Positions 8,254 to 17,684 of a stretch of 64,000 nt of DNA are shown here, in pieces. The DNA is taken from assembly GCA_003556605.1 (NCBI GenBank), contig PWQX01000086.1:21023-85022 (forward strand). The letters are read 5' to 3'. The DNA comes from Spirochaetaceae bacterium (GTDB taxonomy: Bacteria; Spirochaetota; Spirochaetia; DSM-27196; SLAA01). How positions within the stretch are numbered: the stretch's first letter is position 1; each line of letters starts with the position of its first letter. The notes under the pieces are model-generated. The model worked only from the letters and a program-made list of their open reading frames with translations. It had not been told where the DNA came from and did not search any database. A program made the position numbers and the translations under genes.

Positions 8254-10749
8254 ATGCGAAAGCGCTTTGGAGTGTGCGCGCTACTGCTGTTATTGGTATC
8301 CGCTGCTTTTGCGCAACAAGACAACGACGATTGGTACCTTGACCAACCGATTTACGATATTGAGTTCGACGGACTCCGTTACGTCTCTGAAAGCGAGCTC
8401 GCCGGAATCGTAGAGCCGTTCATCGGCCAACGGTTTACCGAGACGCGTTTCCAGAACCTACAACGCAGGTTGTACGCGCTCGACTACTTTGAGGAGATCG
8501 TTCCAATCGCCGAGCGCGGTGGTCCCGACGGTGATCAACTGGTGTTACGCTTTGAGGTATCCGAGCGCCCCGTTGTGTCGCAAATTCGATTCGAGGGAAA
8601 TCGAAATATACGCCGGCGTCAGCTCGAGGACGTAATTCTGCTTTCTGCAGGCGACGTTGTAACCGATTCGCGCCTCCGTTCGGCACGCAATGCCATTGCC
8701 GGTGAGTATGAGGAGCGCGGTTACCCCGAAACCGAAGTAGCAACACGCATTGAGGAAGATGAGGACGGACGCCAAACGGTGGTGTTTGAGATCACTGAAG
8801 GGTTTCGAACCGTGATTCGTGAGATCGAGTTCTCAGGCAACAGCTTCGCTTCGGCGAGCACGCTTCGTGGAGCCATGGAGAGTCGTCCGCAGTCGCTTTT
8901 CAGCCGCGGAATCTTTCAGGAGGGCCTACTCGAGCAGGACCGGCGTCAGATCGAACAGTACTACAAAGAGCGCGGCTATATCGACGCACGTGTTGTGGAT
9001 ATCGTCACCGAGATTGAGCGTGACGAGGAGGATGAGCGTAACTACGTTACGCTTACGGTGTTCGTGGAAGAAGGGCTTCGCTACACCTATGGGGGGATGG
9101 AGTTTGAGGGCAATACCTTGTTCAGCGACGAGCAGCTGAGCGAACGCCTGCGCCTAAGCCCCGGTACTGTTCTCAATCAACAAAGGCTTGAAGCCGATTT
9201 CCAACGCGTGGCGGATCTGTACTTTGAGAATGGCTATATCTTTAACGAAATCAGCCGCGAAGAGATCCGCGACGAGGAGGAACAGACGATCTCCTACCGT
9301 GTAAACATAGTGGAGCGCGACCGTGCTCGTATTGAAAACATCGTAATTCGCGGCAACGAGAAAACGCGAGATCATGTGGTGCGGCGCGAGATTCCGCTCG
9401 AAGAAGGCGAGGTCTTTAACGCCGCGCGCGTTCGCCAAGGGCTTCAGAATCTCGCGAACACGCAGTATTTTTCCAGCGTCGTACCTGAGACCCCGCAAGG
9501 CAGCGCCGAAGGCCTGATGGACCTGATTGTGAATGTCGAGGAGGGCAATACTGCCGACATCCGGCTGGGGATCGCGTTCGGTGGCAGTGCCGATTTTCCG
9601 GTTTCTGCGCAGATTCGCTGGCAAGACATCAATTTCATGGGACGCGGCCAGACCGTCGGTGCAGAGATCAACGCCTCACCGGTAAGCCAGCGATTCGCCG
9701 CGAACTTCCAAGAGCGCTACCTCTTTGGGCGCCGCTGGTCGGGCGGATTGAGCGCTTCGGTTGAGAGGTCTATTCGATCTAACGTGCGCACCCTCAGCGA
9801 TGAAACCGACGACGCCCCGGCGCCGTATACCTCCGAGGACGAGTACGACGACGCCGGTGGACCGTTTCGAGCGCCGATTCCGGAACAGTATCTCATGGAG
9901 TACACTGCCTGGAACATCTCGGTCGGTGCGAATACCGGTTATCGTTGGGCGACCCCTGCCGGGCGTTTGAGCGCTCGGACATCGTTCCGTACCAGCGCCG
10001 AGTACATTGATTACGACCGCGACATCTACACGCCGTTCAACGAAGCGACCCGCGAGAACTGGCAGCGCTGGCGCTTCGTCAACCGCTATGGCATCGGCAG
10101 CTCGCTCGACAGCCGGGATCTGATCATCAGCCCGTCCACCGGCTTCCTGCTGAGTCAGGATTTCACGTTCGCGGGCGGCGTTTTTCGCGGGACGCAGCAC
10201 TTCATCAAGACCGAAAGCAAGGGCGAGCGCTTTTTCACGCTGTTCGATATTCCCGTGTTCGAGAACTGGAACTTCAAGTGGGTGCTCGGCGGTCAGTCCA
10301 AACTTGACCTCATCTACGATTGGCCCGAGGGTTTGGTACCCGAGCGCGACCGTGATCGACCCGAGCGCTGGATCTCCGACTCCAACCTCCTGTTTCTGGA
10401 CGGTATGTTCAACGCCCGCGGCTGGACCGGGCGCCGTGGTGACCGGGGACGCGCGCGTTGGAACAATTGGTTGGAGCTGCGCATGCCACTCGCCGAGCGG
10501 ATCATCTGGCTCGATGGGTTTGTTGAAGGTGCTACGCTTCAGGAAGAGCCCGGTGATATTCTGGACCTGGAGCCGGAAGACTTCCTGTTCAGTACCGGTT
10601 TCGGTCTGCGCTTCACTATTCCGCAGTTTCCGATCCGCCTCTATCTTGCGCGTCGCTTTACGATCGAGGAGGGAGATGTGCAGTGGGAGGAGAGTACCGG
10701 ACCGTTCGGCTTCGACTTTGTCTTCTCAATTGGTACTGAGTTGTTCTAG
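8254..10749 (+). CDS. bamA: outer membrane protein assembly factor BamA
   Basis: Signal peptide, repeated POTRA-like modules (IxxIxFxGN motifs: IRFEGNRNI, IEFSGNSF, MEFEGNTLF, IVIRGNEKT), C-terminal beta-barrel ending in F (FSIGTELF). Confidence 0.92.
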   Translation: MRKRFGVCALLLLLVSAAFAQQDNDDWYLDQPIYDIEFDGLRYVSESELAGIVEPFIGQRFTETRFQNLQRRLYALDYFEEIVPIAERGGPDGDQLVLRFEVSERPVVSQIRFEGNRNIRRRQLEDVILLSAGDVVTDSRLRSARNAIAGEYEERGYPETEVATRIEEDEDGRQTVVFEITEGFRTVIREIEFSGNSFASASTLRGAMESRPQSLFSRGIFQEGLLEQDRRQIEQYYKERGYIDARVVDIVTEIERDEEDERNYVTLTVFVEEGLRYTYGGMEFEGNTLFSDEQLSERLRLSPGTVLNQQRLEADFQRVADLYFENGYIFNEISREEIRDEEEQTISYRVNIVERDRARIENIVIRGNEKTRDHVVRREIPLEEGEVFNAARVRQGLQNLANTQYFSSVVPETPQGSAEGLMDLIVNVEEGNTADIRLGIAFGGSADFPVSAQIRWQDINFMGRGQTVGAEINASPVSQRFAANFQERYLFGRRWSGGLSASVERSIRSNVRTLSDETDDAPAPYTSEDEYDDAGGPFRAPIPEQYLMEYTAWNISVGANTGYRWATPAGRLSARTSFRTSAEYIDYDRDIYTPFNEATRENWQRWRFVNRYGIGSSLDSRDLIISPSTGFLLSQDFTFAGGVFRGTQHFIKTESKGERFFTLFDIPVFENWNFKWVLGGQSKLDLIYDWPEGLVPERDRDRPERWISDSNLLFLDGMFNARGWTGRRGDRGRARWNNWLELRMPLAERIIWLDGFVEGATLQEEPGDILDLEPEDFLFSTGFGLRFTIPQFPIRLYLARRFTIEEGDVQWEESTGPFGFDFVFSIGTELF

Positions 10750-10771
10750 GTAGGTAAGGAGATGGAAACCA

Positions 10772-11290
10772 ATGGGTAGAAACGCAATCCTAGGAGTGTT
10801 GCTGCTGGTTATCGTGAGTTTCGCTGCCTCCGCGAATCAGCTCAGCACCGTTGGAGTCGTTGACGTGCAGCAGGTGTACAACAGCTTCTATCGCGAGTCG
10901 CGCCAGGTACGCGAGCTGGAGCGGCTGCGGGACGAGTACCAGGAAGAGATTGACAGTTATCTCGATATGCTCGAGGTGCTTCGCGACGACTACGCCGACG
11001 CACGCCACGAGGGCAATATTCGGCGTGCTCTCGAGCTTGAAGAAGAGATCGAGGAGCTCGAGGTGTTTGTCGATGAGCTGACCCGCCGCCGCCGTCGTCA
11101 ACTCGAACGCCGTCAGCAAGAAGTGCTTACCGACGACTTCTTCGAAGACTTACAGCAGGCAATCGTGTATGTCGCGGAGACCGAGGGCTATACGATAGTG
11201 TTGCGCTCCGACGCAGACGGCTTGCAGTGGTGGAGCTCGGTCGTTGATATTAGCCAAGAGGTGGTCGACCGTTTGCGGCGAACACGGTAA
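10772..11290 (+). CDS. skp: OmpH/Skp-like periplasmic chaperone
   Basis: 172 aa. Signal peptide plus a charged coiled-coil body. Position directly after bamA. Confidence 0.75.
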   Translation: MGRNAILGVLLLVIVSFAASANQLSTVGVVDVQQVYNSFYRESRQVRELERLRDEYQEEIDSYLDMLEVLRDDYADARHEGNIRRALELEEEIEELEVFVDELTRRRRRQLERRQQEVLTDDFFEDLQQAIVYVAETEGYTIVLRSDADGLQWWSSVVDISQEVVDRLRRTR

Positions 11291-11339
11291 CTTAACGCGG
11301 CTACAGGGAGAGTGAGCTCCCGACCCGAACATATTCACA

Positions 11340-13961
11340 ATGCCCGACAACACTCCGATGATGAAACAGTACGCCCGAATCAAGGCCCAATATCGGGATG
11401 CTGTACTGTTTTTCCGCCTCGGAGACTTCTACGAAATGTTTAAGCAGGACGCGATCGATGTGTCGCGCCTGCTCGGGCTGACCCTGACCCAGCGCAACGG
11501 CGTTCCAATGTGCGGCATTCCCTACCACGCCTCGCGCGGTTACATCGGGCGTCTGATAGCCGCCGGCAAGAAGATCGCGATCTGTGAGCAGGTACGCTTA
11601 GCCCCGGACGGCAAAGGCTTGGCTGAACGAGAGGTCATCGAGGTCATTACCCCCGGGACCGTCACCGAAGAGGACTACCTCGAGGCGAGCTCGAACAACT
11701 ACCTGCTGGGGCTTGCATCTGCGCGTCAGACCGTTTCCATAGGCTACATTGACCTCGCCACCGGACGCTTGTGTCTTACCGACTGCCCGATAGAGCGGAT
11801 TCAGGAGTACGTGCGCTGCGAGCTTGTCCGGCTGCGGCCGCGCGAAATCCTACTACAAGAGAGCCTGCTGGAGGTTCTCCCGCATTCGGACGAGCTGTTC
11901 GACGGGTGTCTGGTGAATCGTTATCCCGACTGGGCTTTCGACGTTGCCTCGGCCGAGCGCGACCTCTGCGAGACCCTCGGTGTGGTGAATCTCAAGGGGT
12001 TCGGCATTGATTCGGGAGCGCCGGTGTTGGCATCGGTTGGCGTCCTGCTTGAGTATCTGCGCGAGAGCATCAAGACAGCCTTGCCGCAGATGCGTGAGGT
12101 GTTGTGGTACCGCGACAATGAGTACGTTGTGCTCGATGAGTCTACTCAGCGCAACCTCGAGCTCACGCAGAACATGCAGGATCGCACCGGCGCCCACACG
12201 CTGTGGTCGGTAGTGTCGGATACGCGTACCGCCATGGGTGCACGCCGATTGCGTAGTTGGCTCTTATATCCGCTCAAGGACAGAGAGGCTATCGTTGCCC
12301 GCCAGGACGCGGTTGAGCGCATGTATCACGAACAGCTGCTGTTGCAACGCGTGCGTGAGCTGTTGTCGGGTATTCTGGACCTCGAGCGCCTGGCGGCGCG
12401 TATTGCCGTGGAGCGCGCCCACGCCAAGGACCTGGTTGCGATACGAAACACGCTTGGAGCAGCGCTGCAGCTCGATGGCGCGCTCAGCGACACGCTGGGA
12501 AAACAGGATTCATTACTGAGATCCGAGTCACGCGCGCGTGCTGCCGCAATCCGCGAGCGGCTACAGCAGGCGCTACTCGATGAACCGTCGATTCTCCTCA
12601 CCGAAGGCAACATTATGCGCGCGGGTTGGGATACCGAGCTCGATGAGCTGCGCGAACTGCGGGACAACAGCAAGGCGGTGCTTGAACGCTATCTGCACGA
12701 AGAGCGCGAGCTCACCGGAATCAATGCGCTGCGGCTTCGGCAGAACCGCGTTTTAGGGTATTACTTTGAGCTCACTAAGGCCAATCTCGCAGGCGTGCCG
12801 GAATACTTCATTAGGCGACAGAGTCTCTCGAACGTTGAACGCTTCACGACCGCGCGGCTCGGCGAGTTGGAAGAAGCGCTGAACTCGGCCGCCGAACGTA
12901 TCGTCGAGCTTGAACGGCGTTTGTTCGTACGGCTGCGCGACGGGGTCGCCGAGGAGCTGAGCGTGCTGTACGACCTCGCCGATGCGCTTGCCCATCGTGA
13001 TTGCATACAATCATTTGCGTTTACCGCAACGCGGCGGGGCTACACTCGTCCCGTAGTTGAGGCGGGGACTGAACTGGTCATTCACAACGGTCGTCATCCG
13101 GTGGTGGAAGCGTATTCACCGGCCGGGAGTTTTGTTGCCAATGACTTGGAGCTTGGGACAAACGGCAAGAGCTTTGCGCTGATAACCGGTCCGAATATGG
13201 CCGGCAAGTCGACCTTTCTGCGCCAGACCGCGCTGATCGTACTGCTCGCGCAAACCGGCTGCTTTGTGCCCGCCGAGGAGGCGCGCATTGGGTTGGTGGA
13301 TCGGATCTTCTGCCGGGTTGGGGCCACCGATAATCTCGCGCGCGGCGAGTCGACATTCTTGGTTGAGATGAACGAAACCGCCAATATACTGCGCAACACT
13401 ACCGCCACGAGTCTTGTGATCATGGATGAGGTGGGACGGGGCACGAGCACACGCGACGGGCTTGCGATCGCGTGGGCGGTCTCTGAGCACCTCGCGCGTC
13501 ATACGCGCCCGCGCACCTTGTTCGCCACCCATTTCCACGAGCTCACCGAGCTCGATGAAGACGCTGTGTTCAATCTTTCGCTCGCGGTCTCGGAGCAGGA
13601 CGGCGAAGTAGTGTTTTTGAAGCGTGTGCGCGAGGGGCCCTCGAGCCAATCGTACGGCGTGCAGGTTGCGCGCATCGCGGGCTTGCCGGAAGAGGTGTTG
13701 CAACGCGCCTACCGCCTGATGGAAGACTCTGCATTCGAAACTTCCTCCCCGCCGCTTCCGGGGCGTAAAGCAGGCGCCGGTCTCACAGCCGCTGCGGGGT
13801 TAGAGAGTGAGCGTACCCGCGAGCAGAATGAGCTGTTCGATCCGGCCGAGATCGTCGCAAACGAGTTGAGCGGTTTGGAATTGGACCGCATTACCCCAAT
13901 AGAGGCACTGAACATCCTGGCTCGCTGGAAGAACCGGCTGAACCGGTGTACACACCCGTGA
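11340..13961 (+). CDS. mutS: DNA mismatch repair protein MutS
   Basis: N-terminal TPMMKQY...FFRLGDFYEMF, Walker A GPNMAGKSTFLRQ, DEVGRGTST, FATHFHEL. 873 aa. Confidence 0.97.
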   Translation: MPDNTPMMKQYARIKAQYRDAVLFFRLGDFYEMFKQDAIDVSRLLGLTLTQRNGVPMCGIPYHASRGYIGRLIAAGKKIAICEQVRLAPDGKGLAEREVIEVITPGTVTEEDYLEASSNNYLLGLASARQTVSIGYIDLATGRLCLTDCPIERIQEYVRCELVRLRPREILLQESLLEVLPHSDELFDGCLVNRYPDWAFDVASAERDLCETLGVVNLKGFGIDSGAPVLASVGVLLEYLRESIKTALPQMREVLWYRDNEYVVLDESTQRNLELTQNMQDRTGAHTLWSVVSDTRTAMGARRLRSWLLYPLKDREAIVARQDAVERMYHEQLLLQRVRELLSGILDLERLAARIAVERAHAKDLVAIRNTLGAALQLDGALSDTLGKQDSLLRSESRARAAAIRERLQQALLDEPSILLTEGNIMRAGWDTELDELRELRDNSKAVLERYLHEERELTGINALRLRQNRVLGYYFELTKANLAGVPEYFIRRQSLSNVERFTTARLGELEEALNSAAERIVELERRLFVRLRDGVAEELSVLYDLADALAHRDCIQSFAFTATRRGYTRPVVEAGTELVIHNGRHPVVEAYSPAGSFVANDLELGTNGKSFALITGPNMAGKSTFLRQTALIVLLAQTGCFVPAEEARIGLVDRIFCRVGATDNLARGESTFLVEMNETANILRNTTATSLVIMDEVGRGTSTRDGLAIAWAVSEHLARHTRPRTLFATHFHELTELDEDAVFNLSLAVSEQDGEVVFLKRVREGPSSQSYGVQVARIAGLPEEVLQRAYRLMEDSAFETSSPPLPGRKAGAGLTAAAGLESERTREQNELFDPAEIVANELSGLELDRITPIEALNILARWKNRLNRCTHP

Positions 13962-14042
13962 GATAACTCGCCGGCAGCCTGTGGTCACCGGGGACGGAGC
14001 GCACTTTGCAAGCGGTAGGCCCCCACCGCTCGCCGCCGCAAC

Positions 14043-14858
14043 TCACAGCTGAAGCGTCGCTGCAACGACTGCAGCACCCATCGCGAGTGCGCCGATCATC
14101 CCGGGCCCTCGCAGGTTCCAGAACACAAGCTGCGCGATAGTCTCAAGAATCCACATTAGCGCGTATATAAACAACAGCGGATACAGCGGGAGCTCCGGCG
14201 GCTGCAACACCGCGGTCATAAGCGCCGCTACCACAAACCATCCCAGGTAGTTCGTCAGTGGAACGCCGAAATACCGGCCGCGTCGCTGCCAGCGCCACAG
14301 TCCCCAGGTGACCATCTGCGGATCCAGAAACAGATCCCATGCGGTGAAGGCGGCGGCCGCAATCAACGCAAAAGCAAGGCCGGAAGAGGTGCCGAGGATT
14401 GCCTGTGCAATCGCCCAGGACGGCGGCAGCATCATCAACCACGCCAGGGGCACAACCACCGGCACGTGCCCAAGCTGCGGTTGCAGCCGTTCAGTATAGA
14501 TGTAGCCGCCAAACGGAAACCCCGTGCGCGAGCCGGAATACTCAACCACCCAGGCGAGCAGCGCCACGGCGAGGCCGGTACTCACGCCGCGTACGAATCC
14601 CCACTGCACCGACAGCACCGTGAGCACCAGGAGACTCTGCATTACCACCCCGGCCGAGATGGCCGCGGGCTCTGCAGACTTTCCGGCAACGCGCCGCACA
14701 ATCGGAAGCGATATCATCGTCACAAGCCACAGTACGAGCAGCACAACGGTCAGCGGCTGTAGTTCGGCGAGCAATCGGTCAACGTGTAAAGCCACCGGTG
14801 ATCCGGTCACGGTCCTACCACCTTCAGTCTGAAGAAAGCCCGGATAAACGGTATCCAC
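14043..14858 (-). CDS. polytopic membrane 'carotenoid biosynthesis protein' (DUF422/CruF-like candidate 1',2'-hydratase)
   Basis: 271 aa with about 7 predicted TM helices. Contains GFPFGGYIYT, a motif I associate with the PF04240 family. Overlaps the 3' end of the lycopene cyclase gene by 52 nt on the same strand. Confidence 0.55.
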   Translation of the reverse strand: MDTVYPGFLQTEGGRTVTGSPVALHVDRLLAELQPLTVVLLVLWLVTMISLPIVRRVAGKSAEPAAISAGVVMQSLLVLTVLSVQWGFVRGVSTGLAVALLAWVVEYSGSRTGFPFGGYIYTERLQPQLGHVPVVVPLAWLMMLPPSWAIAQAILGTSSGLAFALIAAAAFTAWDLFLDPQMVTWGLWRWQRRGRYFGVPLTNYLGWFVVAALMTAVLQPPELPLYPLLFIYALMWILETIAQLVFWNLRGPGMIGALAMGAAVVAATLQL

Positions 14859-15961
14859 GGCACGGTGGACATCAGTTTCAAGTCCTCGACCACTGTAGTC
14901 TGTTCATTGAGAAAACGCAGTACACGGTCGATTGGGTTTTTCCGGAACAAATGGCTGAAGACCTCCTCACTGAGCTCTCCGCGGCGGTATAGTATCTGCA
15001 GGAGCATTGAGTCGAGCAGCCGATAGCGGCGCGGCGCGCGCGGCAGCGCGAAAGGGTGTCCGTGACGCTCGAGCGATGTGACGATTGCCGCCGTGTCGTT
15101 CTGTATGCGATGAAACGCGAAGCCGCTCGATGCCTTGACGCGGCCGCCTTTCGTCCCGGTGTAGAGAATATGCCGCCCGCCGCGCCGCGCAAACGGCTGA
15201 TCGGTCATCGGGATAATGCCGTGTTCTTCCTCTTGAACGCGGTAGCTATGTATACCGAGTACCTCCTCGATGTAGGCGCGCAACTCACGCTCGTATTCCT
15301 CAGCCGTAAGTATGTCAGCTGAGAACAGCGTATACTCCACCAACGCCCGCCGCTTGGAAAAAGGCAGAATATAGATAAACCGCATCACGCCGTGCTGGGG
15401 TACGCGGAAATCGAAAAACCGAATCGCCTCAGGGTCAAAGCAATCAACGTCGGTCTCAATTACCCAGCCTTTGAAGTGTTGCTTGATGAAATGGTAGCGC
15501 GTAGTATCGACGTGAAACTGCTCAGGAATGATGAGACTATCGAACAGATAGCTCCCGCTGAGGGTCTTGCCGTCTACGATGACCTCGGCCCCCTCGGAAG
15601 TATCGCGCGTTTCCTCAACGAATCCCTCCAAGAAAGTAACGTTAGGGGTGCGTTCAATCACATCGTGCATGTACTGGTAGAACTCTAAGCCCGGGATCAT
15701 GCAATACTGATACGGGGCAAGGTGGTAGCGCTCGCGATGCTGTGCGCTCAGAAACTCCATGATGTTCCAGCGATGCCGAACCACCGGGTCAAACACAAAC
15801 TCGCGGTCGGTCCAGAAACACCAGGTGCGGTCGTTGCTGCGTTTGGGGTCTTTGTCGATGATCACGATTGAGCGGTCGCGCAAGCTGCTTTGCAGGAGCT
15901 GATAGGCCAAACTCAGACCGGCTGCGCCGCCCCCTGCTATCAAATAGTCATATTGCTCCAT
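14807..15961 (-). CDS. lycopene cyclase family protein (CrtY/CrtL type)
   Basis: N-terminal FAD-binding fold YDYLIAGGGAAGLSLA, DRTWCFW motif, C-terminal RFLNE motif. 384 aa, typical of PF05834 cyclases. Confidence 0.8.
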   Translation of the reverse strand: MEQYDYLIAGGGAAGLSLAYQLLQSSLRDRSIVIIDKDPKRSNDRTWCFWTDREFVFDPVVRHRWNIMEFLSAQHRERYHLAPYQYCMIPGLEFYQYMHDVIERTPNVTFLEGFVEETRDTSEGAEVIVDGKTLSGSYLFDSLIIPEQFHVDTTRYHFIKQHFKGWVIETDVDCFDPEAIRFFDFRVPQHGVMRFIYILPFSKRRALVEYTLFSADILTAEEYERELRAYIEEVLGIHSYRVQEEEHGIIPMTDQPFARRGGRHILYTGTKGGRVKASSGFAFHRIQNDTAAIVTSLERHGHPFALPRAPRRYRLLDSMLLQILYRRGELSEEVFSHLFRKNPIDRVLRFLNEQTTVVEDLKLMSTVPWIPFIRAFFRLKVVGP

Positions 15962-16031
15962 AACCCTTTTAGTATACGCCTAGCCGCAAAATACGGTCAA
16001 ACAGAAGCGTCGTGAAAATCAAGACAGTGTA

Positions 16032-17009
16032 TTGATAGCGGAGTGTAACAAAATGCGTCTTAGCACTATCAAGCCGCTCTCGATCCGAGAACTGCTGTAC
16101 AGCTTCGCTGACCTGCTCGCCCCAAAGCCGTGCATTCTGTGTGGTGCCGTGCTCTCCCGCCTCCGCGCGTGGTGTGACGAGGGCGGGAGGCAGAACCCGC
16201 CATCGCCCCCGATTCCGCTTGCCCCAGACACCGCGCTCGCCATCTCGACATCGAACGAGTTGCTCACTATCGGAGCCGGCGCGGGGGTATGCCCACGCTG
16301 TGTGGACGAGCTTTGTACTGCAGCAAACTTCGCCCGCATGGACTTCGGCCGAACCGAGCTCACCGGGAGTGTCGCGGTGTCATCTCAGCCGGGCCGGTCA
16401 GCGCGGCCGGCAGAGAGCAGTTACAGCAGCCGGAGCGGGTGCACCCGCTGCAGCCGCGCGCTGATCTCGGAGCTCGAGCTGTGCAGCACGTGCCGCAACA
16501 CCGACCCGGCTTTCGCTCGTGCACACGCGCTGTTTGAGTATCGCGGGGCCGCACGCAAACTGCTGTGGTTCTACAAGTTCGAGAATCGAAAGGCGCTCGC
16601 ACCGCTGTTTGCGGCGCTGCTGTACTCAGCCTATTCGGTACAGTTTGCGCCCGCGCCGATTGTACCAATTCCCGGTCAGAAGCGCGCGCGGGCAGCTCGG
16701 GGCTGGGACCAGATGGAGGTTCTCGCGCGCATCCTGCGCCGCCGCTACGGGGTTCAGGTACTTGGTGCGCTACGCCGGAGTTCAACCGGTACCGCTCAGA
16801 AGAGCTTGGGCCGCACGGAGCGGCTGAAGCACGCCGCCGGGCACTACCAGTTAGCGGGGCTGGCGCGCAACCTGAAGCTTGAGCACCACCCGCGCGTGGT
16901 ATTGCTTGACGACGTACTCACCACGGGTGCAACCGCCTCAGCGTGCTCCGGCCTGTTACACCAAGCCGGCGTGCCCGAGGTACAGGTCCTAACGCTCACC
17001 ATCCGGTAG
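16032..17009 (+). CDS. comF: ComF family protein (phosphoribosyltransferase domain)
   Basis: Several CxxC pairs in the N-terminal half (CILC, CPRC, CTRC, CSTC). C-terminal PRTase signature VVLLDDVLTTGATASA. Confidence 0.8.
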   Translation: MIAECNKMRLSTIKPLSIRELLYSFADLLAPKPCILCGAVLSRLRAWCDEGGRQNPPSPPIPLAPDTALAISTSNELLTIGAGAGVCPRCVDELCTAANFARMDFGRTELTGSVAVSSQPGRSARPAESSYSSRSGCTRCSRALISELELCSTCRNTDPAFARAHALFEYRGAARKLLWFYKFENRKALAPLFAALLYSAYSVQFAPAPIVPIPGQKRARAARGWDQMEVLARILRRRYGVQVLGALRRSSTGTAQKSLGRTERLKHAAGHYQLAGLARNLKLEHHPRVVLLDDVLTTGATASACSGLLHQAGVPEVQVLTLTIR

Positions 17010-17047
17010 CTTGTTCGTTCGCCCCCTCCGTACCGGGACCTGGCCCG

Positions 17048-17077
17048 TTGACACCGTAGTCGCCGCTTTGTTACAGT
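17048..17077 (+). promoter_or_regulatory. sigma70-like promoter TTGACA-N18-(TGt)TACAGT
   Basis: TTGACA at 17048-17053 and TACAGT at 17072-17077, preceded by a TG (extended -10). Lies between comF and rimP. Confidence 0.4.
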
Positions 17078-17108
17078 AAAGCAACACTCAGGCCCATGCC
17101 CGTCCGAG

Positions 17109-17140
17109 GGAGTCGTTCCTGGAATCGACTCCTTTTTTTT
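17109..17140 (+). terminator. intrinsic terminator: GGAGTCG / CGACTCC stem followed by T8
   Basis: Stem 17109-17115 pairs with 17126-17132. T8 tract at 17133-17140. This is the only canonical hairpin plus U-tract I found in the window. Confidence 0.7.
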
Positions 17141-17226
17141 GCTCGAGAGTCGCAGCGATGAGCCGCTACGAAGGCCGGAGGGTGTCGCGAGGTAACAGGA
17201 CAGGGCCTTGCAAGATTGGTGGCGTT

Positions 17227-17679
17227 ATGAGTAGAATTGAGCAAGAGCTCCGGCGAGAGATCGAGCCGGTTATCGACGGTTTAGGGTTTTACCTTGTGGA
17301 GCTGAAAGCGTCCGAGTTGAAGGACCGCTTTCATGCGGTGGTGACGATCTATCGAGAAGCCGGCGTAGACCTGGACGCGTGCGCCGAGATCCACCGCACA
17401 ATCCTACCGCGTATCGAGCTGTGGCGGGATGCACGGGATGTTCACCTCCAGGTGAGTTCCCCCGGTTTGGACCGCACGCTCAAGCACCAACGAGAGTATG
17501 CGATCTTCGCCGGCAAAAGGATACGGGTGCTGCTTAGCTCAAGCAAGGAGTGGGTGAGCGGTGTGCTCAGGGGAAGCGATGAGGATTCCTGCACTATCGA
17601 AACTGCGGACGGTATACGTCGGGTTGCTTTTGCCGAGATTCGAAAAGCAAAGCTCGATGATTTCTGGGAGGAAAGGTAG
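17227..17679 (+). CDS. rimP: ribosome maturation factor RimP
   Basis: The N-terminus MSRIEQELRREIEPVIDGLGFYLVELK matches the usual RimP start. Directly upstream of nusA. The ORF is open back to ATG 17158, but the homology-like start is 17227. Confidence 0.85.
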   Translation: MSRIEQELRREIEPVIDGLGFYLVELKASELKDRFHAVVTIYREAGVDLDACAEIHRTILPRIELWRDARDVHLQVSSPGLDRTLKHQREYAIFAGKRIRVLLSSSKEWVSGVLRGSDEDSCTIETADGIRRVAFAEIRKAKLDDFWEER

Positions 17680-17684
17680 ACGAC

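Noticed and set aside
17158-17226. Upstream-extended versions of real genes in the ORF track: rimP 17158, rbfA 22000, the LptF-like gene 27061, the LptG-like gene 28305, scpB 46019, rluB 46656, cmk 47330 and the TPR gene 38477
   Set aside because: The extensions overlap the preceding gene or have R/S/P-rich non-homologous sequence. Internal start codons give N-termini matching the known families, so the calls were trimmed.
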